From Methylococcaceae bacterium UBA2780 (GTDB taxonomy: Bacteria > Pseudomonadota > Gammaproteobacteria > Methylococcales > UBA2780), in the NCBI GenBank assembly GCA_002352345.1, contig DEIG01000008.1, positions 21,420 to 85,419 of the forward strand: a DNA stretch of 64,000 nucleotides, read 5' to 3'. A program made the position numbers and the translations under genes. Below, piece after piece: positions 47,941 to 58,302 of the stretch (positions are counted from its first letter, which is position 1; every line of letters begins with the position of its first letter). The notes beneath the pieces were generated by a model. It made no database searches and was not told the origin of the DNA. It was given only the letters and a program-made list of their open reading frames with translations.

Positions 47941-50900
47941 TTATGTGCCACTAAGTTGCTTATCATCCTCATTCAAGACGATTGCATGCAGCTCTTTTAG
48001 CACAACAGCCATCTTCTCTAATTCAATCCCTGAACCCGCCTCAATCCGTTGAACTAACTTCTGGTATCGCTCGACAGCCAGCTCGTTCTGCTTACACCAG
48101 TCATCTACCAGCTCTTCTACCGAACTCGAATTCACGCCGATCCTAAGAACATCACTCGTTAAAGTGCGGCACTCGGCATGAAAATCATCACGAATTGCGC
48201 TTCTTGCTAAAGATTGCCAAAAATTGGCCCTCGGCAACTTACTCACTTTTCCATTCAACCAGCCAAGTCTTAGCTGTTTCCCAAGTTCAAAATAGACAGC
48301 AGCAATCTCCTCCAAAGAGCGCTCAGATGACTCTTTTACCGCAATAATATCCAAGCAGACAAACTGGCTTGTTAGTACAGCAGTGCGCTCAGCCAAACTA
48401 TCCGGCACACCCGCTTCTCTATATTGCTCAACTTTTCCTTTCACAAGAGCCTGTTCACTTTCATGTAATAGGTCGAATATTCGTGGAGAAAGAGCCTCAA
48501 TACCCGGCGCAAACTCGTCAATAACTTTTTCTGTAGAAAAGGCTTTAGAGCGGTTCCTCTGCAGCCAAAACATACTTCGCTCAATCAGCTTACGGACTTC
48601 CATTTTCATCTCTAGCTGAATAGTCTGGCTTACCGAACCATCAAGCAACTCAATTTCACTCCAAATATTCTCAGCCGCGAAAAGCTTACAAGCCAAACGG
48701 TAGTTGCGTATCACAGCAGCCACATCGGCACCTGTCTCATCCATCATCCTAAAAGGAAAAGAGATCCCCAAGCGATTGACAAGGTTGTTAACCAGCTGGT
48801 TGGCAATGATTCCACGTTTCAACCGATGCTCTCCAAAAGTCTTCCCAAACCTCTTATTTAACGCAACAGGAAAATAGCCCTCTAACTCCGAAAGCAAATA
48901 GTTTGTTTCAAGGTATTCCGACTCAAGAAGCCGCTCTTTAAGCGCCATTTTGCTATAGGCGACCAAAACCGATATTTCGGGCCGTAACAGCCCTTTTTTA
49001 TTCGCCTTTCGCTCTTCCAACTCCTCTTCGTTTGGAAGAAACTCAATATCCCGATTAAGCACACCCTCTTCTTCCAATAGCTCAATTAGCCTACGATGTA
49101 CTGCCAACATTTCCGGCGCATGCGCTTCAATCATACTAATTGCGCCACTTTGCAAATAGTTATGCCTCAGAACAAGCGAGCCCACCTCATCCGTCATTTT
49201 CTCGAGAAGGTTATTACGCTGCTTTTCGGTTAAATCTCCTTGGCAAACAATTTTATTGAGCAGAATTTTGATATTGACTTCATGATCGGAACAATCGACA
49301 CCGGCAGAGTTATCAACCGAGTCCGTATTGATACGGCCACCTTTAGTGGAAAATTCAATCCTACCCCGCTGAGTGAACCCCAAATTGCCACCCTCACCCA
49401 CAACTTTACAGTTCAAATCAGAACCATTAATCCTGACTGCATCGTTGGCACGGTCGCCTACATCACTATCTTGCTCTTGCGCAGATTTAACATACGTTCC
49501 AATACCACCATTCCAAAGCAGATCAATTGGGGACTTTAGCATCGCCTGAATCAGTTCATTAGGCGCCATTTTCTTTTCGCTCACACCAAGAATGTTTCTG
49601 ATTTCTGGTGACAATGGAATCGACTTTGCGGCCCGTGGAAAAATCCCACCGCCTTTGGAAATAAGTGATTCTTCATAATCGCTCCAAGAGGAACGAGGCA
49701 ATTCGAACAGCCGTTTTCGCTCGCTAAAACTGGTTGCTGGGTCGGGATCAGGGTCAAGAAAAATGTGCATATGATTAAATGCCCCAACCAGCTTTATCTG
49801 CTCAGAAAGCAGCATTCCATTACCAAAGACATCACCAGACATATCCCCAATACCTATTACAGTAAATGGCTCCTGCTGTATATCACTGCCTAGCTCACGA
49901 AAATGGCGTTTAACCGATTCCCACGCTCCCTTGGCAGTTATCCCCATCTGTTTGTGGTCGTAACCCACCGAACCACCCGATGCAAATGCATCACCAAGCC
50001 AAAAACCATTTTTAATTGCAATTCCATTAGCAATATCTGAAAAAGTCGCTGTTCCTTTATCGGCCGCCACAACCAAATAAGGATCATCTTCATCATAACA
50101 AATCACCTTTTGGGGCTTTATAACCTCTTCGCCAGATAAGTTATCTGTCAGATCAAGTAACCCCTGTATAAACGTGCTATAGCAATCGACAACCTCAGAT
50201 TGAACCGCCTCTCTATCCATTGAATCAAGCAGCTGTTTTGCGACAAAACCACCTTTAGCACCTGTTGGAACGATCACCGCATTTTTAGACATCTGGGCCT
50301 TCATTAACCCCAGAACCTCCGTTCTAAAATCCTCTCGACGATCTGACCATCTCAATCCACCTCGCGCCACCTTCCCTCCACGCAGATGCACCCCCTCAAC
50401 GCGCGGAGAGTAGACAAAAATCTCATGCTTTGGGCGAGGCTCAGGAAGCTCCACTATTTTCAACGGATCCAGTTTCACAGCAAGATAAGGAAACCCTTTA
50501 TTATCCTCGCATTCGCAAAAATAATTGGTTCTATCAACCGCCATAATTAATTCAAGATAGCGCCTTAAAATTCGATCTTCATCGAGCGAAGCAACCTGAT
50601 CAATCGCCCCCTCAATCTCTTTTTGCAGTTTATCTAGCTTTTTCTCTCGGCCCTTTTCTTTAGGATTAAAACGCACCATGAAAAAGCCGACTAAACGCTT
50701 GGCAATATCAGGATTGCTGTTTAACGTCTGCTCAATGTAGCCTTGGCTGAAAGCAATTCCTGTTTGGCGCAAATAAAAATAGAATGCACGCAAAACAGCC
50801 ACCTCTTGCCAATCCATGCCTGCGCCGATAACCAAGCTATTAAAGCCATCATTTTCAATTCGGCCAGACCAGACCTGCTCAAATGCACCTTGGAACAGCG

Positions 50901-52803
50901 GCTTGATCAGCTCAACATCAATCTCACTATCTGCGGCAGGCTGAAGGCCAAAATCATGTATCCAGAAACTCTCACCGTTACTCTGCTCAATAATCTCATA
51001 AGGCCGTTCATCGATAACGCTCACCCCCATATTTTCTAGCATTGGCAGCGTGTTAGATAACGGTGCAGGCTCACCCTTACAGTACAACTTAAACCGCAAG
51101 CTATTGCCCTCCATTTCTAAGGGCTGATACAACATCATCTCGATGTCTTTGGAGTCTTCACCCCGCAGACCGCCAATCCGCTCAATATCCAGAATGACAT
51201 TTCTGGGTGGAAAATCGTCACGATAGGCCGCTGAAAACCCTCGTCCATAGTGGCTATAAAAATAATTTCCCTGCTCTTCACCAAAATAGCTATGCAAAGC
51301 GTCAACAACACCATCTTCCCAGCTGTGCAAAACGTCGACAATTTTTTGCTCTATTTCACGAATATCAAAGTCAACATCCATTCCATCTGGGCGATGAATA
51401 ATAAAATGAACTCTCGCTAGAATAGATTCAGACAGTTGCACATTGAAATCAACCGCATCACCCCTCAAAGCCTCTAGAAATATCTTTTGCAGCTTATGCC
51501 GTGTATCTGTCGTATAACGATCGCGCGGAACAAAAACTAAAACAGAGAAAAAATGCCCATAGACGTCATCCCTAACAAATAGTTTTACTCGCTGGCTCAC
51601 GGCCAACTGCAAAATACCCAAGCCACACTCAAGCAACTCCTCCTCTTTAGCGTGGAAGAGCTCATCCCTTGGTAAGTCTTCAAGCGCGTGCAATAGCGCC
51701 TTGCCATTATGCGTATTTTGACCAAACCCAGATTGCTGAATAACCTGGGCAATCTTATTTTTAATCAGGGGAATATGAGAAGGATTACTTTGGTAAGCAG
51801 ATGAACTGTAAAGCCCTAAAAATCGTCGCTCACCGACAACATTGCCGGCTGAATCAAACTGTTTAATACCAACATAATCCATAATTCCCGCACGATGCAC
51901 TGTCGAACGAGAAGTTGCTTTGGAGATAAGAATTGGCTGGTTATTACATACTTGGCCACAAGCCCCTTCACTTAAGGGCAAAAACTCACAAGCTGGCACA
52001 GGTGCTATCTCATCGCGCAAAACACCTAGGCCGGTTTCTGGAATAATACAAAAACCCATTGCCTCATCTTGGCTCGTTACTTTGTATTCCCGGTACCCCA
52101 AAAAAACAAAGTGATCATCAACCAACCAATCAAGAAACTCCATCGCCTCTTTTGCCGACTGCTTACTGATCCCTTTAACTTTCTTTTCTAAGGACTTGCG
52201 GGCCAACTTAACCTGCTCGAGGCATGCTCTCCAGTCTTCCGTTGCCGCTCGAACATTATCGAGCACCTCGGTAATTTTTTGTGAAATCTCTTCCAGACGG
52301 CCAAGATCACTCAACCGATCAAATTCGACATGAATCAGGACTTCCGCCCCCTTCTCTGACCGGCCATTAAATGTCGCATTAATCTCTTTTAAATCCCCTT
52401 TAGCCGTTCTTTTAATATCAAAAATGGGATGAATAATCAGGTGATTGGTTAGGCCTTGGTGGTTAAGCTCCATTGCAATCGACTCAACTAGAAAAGGGCT
52501 ATCTTCTATCACCAACTCAAGAACTGAGTGGCACGATTGCCAGCCATGATTTTCAAGAGAGGGATTATAAACACGCAACTTAGGCTTCCCTTTGGTGCGT
52601 TGCTTAGAAAAATTCCAATGAGATAGAACAATGCCATATAAATCTTCCAAAGAGCGCGTAACGAGCTCTTCTTCTGCAAGATATAGATAATAAATTTGCG
52701 AGAAGAAAGTAATATCTTCCGCCGATTCACTTTTTACCCTCTCTCGAATCAGCACCGCTAATTGATCTAGAATCACCTCTTTTTCACTTAACCGTTCTTC
52801 CAT
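47941..52803 (-). CDS. gdhB: NAD-specific glutamate dehydrogenase, large (~180 kDa) type
   Basis: 1620 aa. The central catalytic region (KGGFV, DKGTATFSD, GIGDMSGDVFGNGML, GEGGNLG) and overall size match the bacterial large NAD-GDH family. Confidence 0.9.
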   Translation of the reverse strand: MEERLSEKEVILDQLAVLIRERVKSESAEDITFFSQIYYLYLAEEELVTRSLEDLYGIVLSHWNFSKQRTKGKPKLRVYNPSLENHGWQSCHSVLELVIEDSPFLVESIAMELNHQGLTNHLIIHPIFDIKRTAKGDLKEINATFNGRSEKGAEVLIHVEFDRLSDLGRLEEISQKITEVLDNVRAATEDWRACLEQVKLARKSLEKKVKGISKQSAKEAMEFLDWLVDDHFVFLGYREYKVTSQDEAMGFCIIPETGLGVLRDEIAPVPACEFLPLSEGACGQVCNNQPILISKATSRSTVHRAGIMDYVGIKQFDSAGNVVGERRFLGLYSSSAYQSNPSHIPLIKNKIAQVIQQSGFGQNTHNGKALLHALEDLPRDELFHAKEEELLECGLGILQLAVSQRVKLFVRDDVYGHFFSVLVFVPRDRYTTDTRHKLQKIFLEALRGDAVDFNVQLSESILARVHFIIHRPDGMDVDFDIREIEQKIVDVLHSWEDGVVDALHSYFGEEQGNYFYSHYGRGFSAAYRDDFPPRNVILDIERIGGLRGEDSKDIEMMLYQPLEMEGNSLRFKLYCKGEPAPLSNTLPMLENMGVSVIDERPYEIIEQSNGESFWIHDFGLQPAADSEIDVELIKPLFQGAFEQVWSGRIENDGFNSLVIGAGMDWQEVAVLRAFYFYLRQTGIAFSQGYIEQTLNSNPDIAKRLVGFFMVRFNPKEKGREKKLDKLQKEIEGAIDQVASLDEDRILRRYLELIMAVDRTNYFCECEDNKGFPYLAVKLDPLKIVELPEPRPKHEIFVYSPRVEGVHLRGGKVARGGLRWSDRREDFRTEVLGLMKAQMSKNAVIVPTGAKGGFVAKQLLDSMDREAVQSEVVDCYSTFIQGLLDLTDNLSGEEVIKPQKVICYDEDDPYLVVAADKGTATFSDIANGIAIKNGFWLGDAFASGGSVGYDHKQMGITAKGAWESVKRHFRELGSDIQQEPFTVIGIGDMSGDVFGNGMLLSEQIKLVGAFNHMHIFLDPDPDPATSFSERKRLFELPRSSWSDYEESLISKGGGIFPRAAKSIPLSPEIRNILGVSEKKMAPNELIQAMLKSPIDLLWNGGIGTYVKSAQEQDSDVGDRANDAVRINGSDLNCKVVGEGGNLGFTQRGRIEFSTKGGRINTDSVDNSAGVDCSDHEVNIKILLNKIVCQGDLTEKQRNNLLEKMTDEVGSLVLRHNYLQSGAISMIEAHAPEMLAVHRRLIELLEEEGVLNRDIEFLPNEEELEERKANKKGLLRPEISVLVAYSKMALKERLLESEYLETNYLLSELEGYFPVALNKRFGKTFGEHRLKRGIIANQLVNNLVNRLGISFPFRMMDETGADVAAVIRNYRLACKLFAAENIWSEIELLDGSVSQTIQLEMKMEVRKLIERSMFWLQRNRSKAFSTEKVIDEFAPGIEALSPRIFDLLHESEQALVKGKVEQYREAGVPDSLAERTAVLTSQFVCLDIIAVKESSERSLEEIAAVYFELGKQLRLGWLNGKVSKLPRANFWQSLARSAIRDDFHAECRTLTSDVLRIGVNSSSVEELVDDWCKQNELAVERYQKLVQRIEAGSGIELEKMAVVLKELHAIVLNEDDKQLSGT

Positions 52804-52881
52804 TTCTCAACCCTCTATAATGCTCACTTTTTTAATGAGTATAGACGGGTATTTGATACTAGGGAAAACGACTATTTATGC

Positions 52882-53253
52882 TCAGAAAATAATCGGACTT
52901 TTTGTCATCGCCACAGAGACCATAAAGCAAAAAACAGTAATCGCTGCCAACCATGAAACCAATTGCATGCTAGCTTTTTTTGCAAAGCGGAAAGCAAGCA
53001 TCCCAAACCCTATATAGAGTAAAAGCGCTGTCAACTTTGTGGCCAACCAAGGTTGCTCCAAAGGATTCATGCCTGTAATCCAAGCGAGCGTAATTCCGCT
53101 TAATAGCAGAATGGTGTCGACCATGTGAGGTGCTTTCCTAACCCACACCGTATCCATCAACGGTGAGCCTCGCAGCAACAAAATGCCTCGAACGATAAAG
53201 CCTGTAAAGGTCAGCACAACGGCTGTTAAATGAATAATCTTAATTAATCCCAC
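52882..53253 (-). CDS. SirB2/YchQ-family small membrane protein
   Basis: Four hydrophobic helices (IKIIHLTAVVLTFTGFIVRGILLL...). GTG at 53253 with GAGGGA upstream is preferred. The track's ATG at 53298 would add 15 aa. Confidence 0.6.
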   Translation of the reverse strand: MGLIKIIHLTAVVLTFTGFIVRGILLLRGSPLMDTVWVRKAPHMVDTILLLSGITLAWITGMNPLEQPWLATKLTALLLYIGFGMLAFRFAKKASMQLVSWLAAITVFCFMVSVAMTKSPIIF

Positions 53254-53358
53254 TTTTCCCTCTCGCCTGATTAAAAATTTATCGCTAATGGAAACCAATT
53301 CTTACAAAAATTGACAAGATAGAGTAGCCTCATTTTTCTTAAATAAAATAGCCAACCA

Positions 53359-54087
53359 ATGATCTCTTTTTTTCAACGAAATAATAGTCAGACTCACACC
53401 ATCCAAAGCGATGGCTTTGAAGTGACTATAGTAAGAACCGACCGAAAAAAGAGTGCCACCATTAAAGTTAAAGATGGTGTTGTCTCCATCACCACACCAA
53501 AGCGGGCCGCTCTAACTGATATAGAGTCAATGATTGCTAAAAAGAGTAACTGGATTAAAAAACAGCTCTTACGCCAAAACGATGCAAAGGAGCAATTAAA
53601 CAGGAGTTATAACGAAGGGGAAAAGCTCTTTTATAGAGGCGAACAATTAACACTTATTTTCCAGAACAACCAAAAAGAGATAGCCATCATAAAAGGCGAA
53701 CAACTACTTTTATCAGCCAACATAGAGCGCTCACCAGAAAATATAAGGACGATCATCAGCGACCATTTTAAAAAATTGGCGGAAAAAATCTTAATTGAAA
53801 AAACTGAACTCTATGCCGGAAGAATTGGCGTAGGCTACAAAGCCATTCGGGTTAAATCGTATAAAAGCCGCTGGGGAAGCTGCTCCACTAAAGGGGTAAT
53901 CAGTTATAACTGGCGAATCATTATTGCACCTGACCCAGTGCTTGATTACATCATTATCCATGAGCTATGCCATCTGATTGAGCATAACCACTCACCGCGA
54001 TTCTGGGCACTGGTCGAGCAGTTCTCCCCCTGCTATAAACAAGACCGAAACTGGTTGTGTGAAAACGGCTTACTGCTTGATATTTAA
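53359..54087 (+). CDS. YgjP-like (DUF45 / M48-like) metal-dependent hydrolase
   Basis: 242 aa. YKSRWGSCS and the HExxH-containing block IIIHELCHLIEHNHSPRFW are typical of YgjP-family proteins. Confidence 0.8.
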   Translation: MISFFQRNNSQTHTIQSDGFEVTIVRTDRKKSATIKVKDGVVSITTPKRAALTDIESMIAKKSNWIKKQLLRQNDAKEQLNRSYNEGEKLFYRGEQLTLIFQNNQKEIAIIKGEQLLLSANIERSPENIRTIISDHFKKLAEKILIEKTELYAGRIGVGYKAIRVKSYKSRWGSCSTKGVISYNWRIIIAPDPVLDYIIIHELCHLIEHNHSPRFWALVEQFSPCYKQDRNWLCENGLLLDI

Positions 54088-54165
54088 ACCCACAAAAAAG
54101 CCGCGATCCTCATCACGGCTTTTAAGGAAGTTATATGCAATTGCTCCAGCACAGAAAACCTATCT

Positions 54166-55110
54166 TTATTTAAAAAGACCCTCCAACGTTTTGGCCAACT
54201 CATGCGGCTGAAACTTCGGAACATAGGCATCAGCACCAACATGCGTACCTAAAGCCTGATTCGCATCCGCTGTTAAAGATGAGTGCATCACAACTGGAAT
54301 ACTATCAAAGCGCGCATCGGCCTTAATCTTTTGAGTCAAAACATAGCCATCCATTTCCGGCATTTCAACATCTGTCAGAATTAAACTGACCCGATCCTTA
54401 ATATCCCTTCCATCTGCCTCACATTGCGAGGCTATATCTTTCAGCATTTTCCAAGCAACCGCGCCATTAATAGCACTAAGCTGCCTGATACCCATATGAT
54501 CTAATGTTTTTTTAATCTGGCCTCGCGCAACACTTGAATCATCTGCATACAAAACCGTCATATTCCTCTCATGGTGCTTATTGATTCCTTCAAAAATCGA
54601 ATCATCCTCATAAAAACAGGCTGTCTCTGCAAGCACCTTTTCAACGTCCATAATCATACAAAGACGATCGTCCTTTAGCTCCGTCACCGCCGTCACCAGC
54701 CCTCCCAAGCGGCTTGCCAACATTTGAGGTGGCGCTTTCACATCACTCCAGCTCAAGCGCTCAATCATATCGACCGAGTCAACCAAAAAACCCTGAACGT
54801 GCTTGTTATATTCAGTAATCATCAAAATTTTAGGCGGCTCTTTAGCATCAATCCCACAAAACTTTTGCAAATTAATTACCGGAACCATCACCCCACGAAG
54901 GCTAACCATTCCCTCAACCGAATCTGGCATATCAGGAGCCTGCGTGATTTCTGGAACATGCATCACCTCACGCACTTTAAAAACATTAATCCCATAAACC
55001 TCTTGTCGTCCGCTAACCTCCTCTTCGCCTAAGCTAAAGAGTAAAACCTCCAATTTGTTAGTCCCCGCTAAAGAGGTTCTTTCGTCAACCGAATTTATAA
55101 AGCTCGACAT
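54166..55110 (-). CDS. cheV: Chemotaxis coupling protein CheV (CheW-like plus receiver domain)
   Basis: N-terminal CheW-like domain (YGINVFKVREV) and a C-terminal receiver domain (LILTDVEMPEMDG, PVVMHSSL). Confidence 0.9.
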   Translation of the reverse strand: MSSFINSVDERTSLAGTNKLEVLLFSLGEEEVSGRQEVYGINVFKVREVMHVPEITQAPDMPDSVEGMVSLRGVMVPVINLQKFCGIDAKEPPKILMITEYNKHVQGFLVDSVDMIERLSWSDVKAPPQMLASRLGGLVTAVTELKDDRLCMIMDVEKVLAETACFYEDDSIFEGINKHHERNMTVLYADDSSVARGQIKKTLDHMGIRQLSAINGAVAWKMLKDIASQCEADGRDIKDRVSLILTDVEMPEMDGYVLTQKIKADARFDSIPVVMHSSLTADANQALGTHVGADAYVPKFQPHELAKTLEGLFK

Positions 55111-55153
55111 CTATTTCTCCTGATTCATTTTACGCTACCACCTATGGAGTCTT

Positions 55154-57178
55154 TTATGTTTTAAAGTGTGCCACTTCGCCCTGCAACTCTGTTGCTAAGC
55201 GAGCCAGCTCTTCACTTGCTATCGCAATCTCGCCAGATGCCGCAACGCTAGACTGAGCTACATCTGAGACCTGTAAAATATTAGCATCAATCTCTTTTGC
55301 AACCATGCTTTGCTCTTCTGAAGCGCTAGCAACTTGTGTTGTCATATCCATAATATGACCCACCGTATCAACGATTCTATCAATTGATGTTGAAGCATCT
55401 GATGCCTGACCCGCCATCTCTTCAGCATGATGTTTGTTTGATCCCATAACATCAACGGCTTGCTTGGTGTGCCCCTGCAAGCTCTCCACCATCTCTTGAA
55501 TCTGCGCAGTAGATTCTTGTGTACGCCCCGCCAAAGTACGGACCTCATCGGCCACCACAGCAAACCCTCTGCCATGCTCACCTGCCCTTGCAGCTTCAAT
55601 CGCTGCATTCAAGGCAAGCAGATTAGTCTGATCAGCAATACTACGAATCACATCTAGCACAGAACCAATATCATTGCTGTTCTTCTCAAGCTCATTGATT
55701 ACCGTTGCAGAACTGCCGACTTCTGCTGCCAGATTCTCAATCGCAACAATTGTTTTACGGATAACCTCTCCACCTGTAGTCGCCTCATGATCTGCCCTAT
55801 GCGCATCTGATGAAACCGTCTCCGCATTAGTCGCGATATCTCGAATCGTGATAGACATTTGATTCATCGCTGTCGCAATCTGTTCCGTCTGACTCTGCTG
55901 GTTTAATGCACCACTTTTTGACTGCTCTGTTGTTGCCGACAGCTCTGTAGAGGCAGATGCCAGTAGAGAAGAGTGCTCACCTAACCGAGACACTGTACCG
56001 CGCAGATAAGAAACCATTCCATTCAGTGCGTCCGCTATATTACTTAGCTCATCTTTGGTACCACTATCGACGACAACCGTAAGATCCCCTTCTGCAATCT
56101 TAGCGACAGAACGATCCAATGCCCGAATGGCATTGATCACTGCAGAATAAAAACCCAAGAACAGATATACAACTAAAATAATGCTTAAGACGATAATAAA
56201 TAATAAAGTATTTCTCGTAGAAGCCAACTTCGCTGCCCTATCCGAAAACAGACTATCCAGTGCCGGCACCATTGCATCATAAAGTTTATAACTTGCTTTA
56301 ATGGCTTCTGTGCCTGCGGCGAAAACAGCACCTGAATCAACATTAATAAATTCAGATTCTAAAATCTCTGCCTTAACCATCCCTGCAAAGCTCGCTGTTG
56401 AAGCTTTTGCACCCGCAACCATCGAGTCAAGCTCTCCTTCCAGCCCTTCATTTTCTAGAAAAGCAATCTTCATGCTCGCCTCAACAGAATGAAAGTTTGA
56501 CTCAATATTAGCCAACATCATCCCAAGCTTTACACGCTGCTGTAGTGTCACTGAGCCACGCGCCGCAACACCTGACCCCATCCCTCTAGACTGCCCTAAA
56601 TTCTCTGTAACCATAGGGACACGGTAGACAATAGCGTCCATAATAAAGGAGGTATTAATATTAGGATCCAACACCAATCCAGACTGATTACTTACCTGCT
56701 CAAAAAGAGCATAGACATCGGCGATTAAGGCTGTATGCCTACCAAACACATCTCCCGCAGGCCCATCAAATGCACTTTGCTCTAATTTACCCCAATCCGA
56801 CTTGATAGAAGCCCACAGCTCACCTGTTCCAAACTCAGCTCCATAACGACTGTCAATTTCATCAATCGCAGCTATATCAGATTTGATTGCCTCTCTTTTG
56901 GCTAAAATTTTCTCTTTAAAAGCAGAAGCCCCGTTTAGATAGGCATTGGTCATTCCCCTATGCTGAGGAAAGTGCTGATAAACCTGACGAACTGTCTTTA
57001 TATACTCCAAGCCTCTTTGCTCTTTCTCTGTTGACTCAATCTTAGCGCCAAGCTCCCCCATCAAAAGAGATGAAACAACAATCAACGGCACCATAAAAAG
57101 CACTGAAATAATAATCATTTTTCGTGGATAACTGAGCTGACTCATCAGCGCAACAGCTGGCTTTAACAGTCCATTCAT
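55154..57178 (-). CDS. Methyl-accepting chemotaxis protein
   Basis: Two TM helices flank a ~290-aa helical periplasmic sensor, followed by HAMP and the conserved signalling hairpin (IADQTNLLALNAAIEAARAGEHGRGFAVVADEVRTLA). GAGGAG Shine-Dalgarno. Confidence 0.93.
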   Translation of the reverse strand: MNGLLKPAVALMSQLSYPRKMIIISVLFMVPLIVVSSLLMGELGAKIESTEKEQRGLEYIKTVRQVYQHFPQHRGMTNAYLNGASAFKEKILAKREAIKSDIAAIDEIDSRYGAEFGTGELWASIKSDWGKLEQSAFDGPAGDVFGRHTALIADVYALFEQVSNQSGLVLDPNINTSFIMDAIVYRVPMVTENLGQSRGMGSGVAARGSVTLQQRVKLGMMLANIESNFHSVEASMKIAFLENEGLEGELDSMVAGAKASTASFAGMVKAEILESEFINVDSGAVFAAGTEAIKASYKLYDAMVPALDSLFSDRAAKLASTRNTLLFIIVLSIILVVYLFLGFYSAVINAIRALDRSVAKIAEGDLTVVVDSGTKDELSNIADALNGMVSYLRGTVSRLGEHSSLLASASTELSATTEQSKSGALNQQSQTEQIATAMNQMSITIRDIATNAETVSSDAHRADHEATTGGEVIRKTIVAIENLAAEVGSSATVINELEKNSNDIGSVLDVIRSIADQTNLLALNAAIEAARAGEHGRGFAVVADEVRTLAGRTQESTAQIQEMVESLQGHTKQAVDVMGSNKHHAEEMAGQASDASTSIDRIVDTVGHIMDMTTQVASASEEQSMVAKEIDANILQVSDVAQSSVAASGEIAIASEELARLATELQGEVAHFKT

Positions 57179-57375
57179 TCAAAACTCCTCAACAAATTTG
57201 GCTTAATTATCCATAAATATAGCAGCTGCTAATTTTTTTGGGGCAGGAGTTAAAAAATATAATAGCCAATCAGTCCGTAAACAGTACAAATCCCTCTACA
57301 CCCCTCTTTAACTGTGGGCAATGAGAAACTGAACAGGGGGAATCAAGCGGCCTGATCAAGAGAAACTTAGGGCAT

Positions 57376-57404
57376 AAAAAAACCAGCTAAAAGCTGGTTT
57401 TTTT
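57376..57404. terminator. Rho-independent terminator downstream of tRNA-Lys (symmetric A/T flanks)
   Basis: A7, ACCAGCT, loop aaa, AGCTGGT, T7. Confidence 0.8.
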
Positions 57405-57438
57405 AACTGAAATCTGACGTGCAGTTCAGTTTAAATCA

Positions 57439-57514
57439 TGGTGGGTCGTGAGCGATTCGAACGCTCGACCATCGCATTAAAAGTGCGGTGCTCTACCGGC
57501 TGAGCTAACGACCC
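57439..57514 (-). tRNA. tRNA-Lys (anticodon UUU)
   Basis: The reverse complement folds by hand into a cloverleaf: acceptor GGGTCGT/ACGACCC, D stem GCTC/GAGC, anticodon loop CTTTTAA, T arm GAGCG-TTCGAAT-CGCTC, encoded CCA. 76 nt, and very similar to E. coli tRNA-Lys. Confidence 0.95.
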
Positions 57515-57530
57515 GGATTTGAAGGCGAGA

Positions 57531-57558
57531 ATTCTACATGAACTAGGCTAAAAGGCAA
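57531..57558 (-). promoter_or_regulatory. Putative sigma-70 promoter of tRNA-Lys
   Basis: On the minus strand: TTGCCT (57558-57553), 16 nt spacer, TAGAAT (57536-57531), then a GC-rich discriminator (tctcgcc). It lies about 17 nt before the mature 5' end. Confidence 0.45.
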
Positions 57559-57630
57559 GCAGGATTCTCACTAAATACAGTTAAATCCAAAAAAATTTAA
57601 TGCAAAATAAGAATTTCAATAATAAACGCT

Positions 57631-58299
57631 TTATTGATAAGAGGTTGGGTCATCAACACCCGCTAGCGCAAAGCCCGCAGCCCTTAAACGGCACGCATCA
57701 CAAACACCACAAGCCGCCCCAGAATCATCGGCTGAATAGCAAGAGACCGTTTTTGAGTAATCGACCCCCAACTCAATACCTTTCTGGATAATTTCGGCCT
57801 TGCTCAAATCTATCAGGGGCGTATGGATGGTAAAGTGCTCGCCCTCCACACCTGCTTTTGTCGCTAAGTTTGCCAGCTTCTGAAAAGCCCCAATGAATTC
57901 TGGTCTGCAATCCGGGTAACCTGAATAGTCCACAGCGTTAACGCCAATAAAAATATCGTGGGCAGCCAGCACTTCAGCCCAACCTAACGCCATAGAAAGA
58001 AAAATAGTATTTCTTGCAGGAACATAAGTAACGGGAATCCCAGGCTCAAGATGATCTGGTACTTTTATACTTTCATCTGTCAATGCAGAGCCACCAAACC
58101 CTCCCATGCCTAACGTAACCACTTTATGCTCGACAACGTTGTACAACTTAGATATTCGTTGTGCAAACGCCAGCTCAGATTTATGTCTTTGCCCATAGTC
58201 AAAGCTGATCGCATAGCATTCAAACCCCTCCTGCTGGGCTATTGCCAGTGCCGTTACAGAATCTAAGCCACCTGATAATAAGATAATCGCTTTTCGCAT
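57631..58299 (-). CDS. queC: 7-cyano-7-deazaguanine synthase
   Basis: PP-loop LLSGGLDS and the C-terminal zinc Cys cluster ([17 protein letters not shown]). Confidence 0.93.
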   Translation of the reverse strand: MRKAIILLSGGLDSVTALAIAQQEGFECYAISFDYGQRHKSELAFAQRISKLYNVVEHKVVTLGMGGFGGSALTDESIKVPDHLEPGIPVTYVPARNTIFLSMALGWAEVLAAHDIFIGVNAVDYSGYPDCRPEFIGAFQKLANLATKAGVEGEHFTIHTPLIDLSKAEIIQKGIELGVDYSKTVSCYSADDSGAACGVCDACRLRAAGFALAGVDDPTSYQ

Positions 58300-58302
58300 G
58301 CT

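Noticed and set aside
57439-57514. Whether tRNA-Lys is currently occupied as the attachment site of a genomic island extending leftward (MCP, CheV, YgjP-like and so on).
   Set aside because: There is no integrase, excisionase, conjugation or phage gene anywhere downstream. I could not spot a direct repeat of the tRNA 3' half, although an exhaustive search by eye is not possible. The neighbouring genes are ordinary chromosomal functions.
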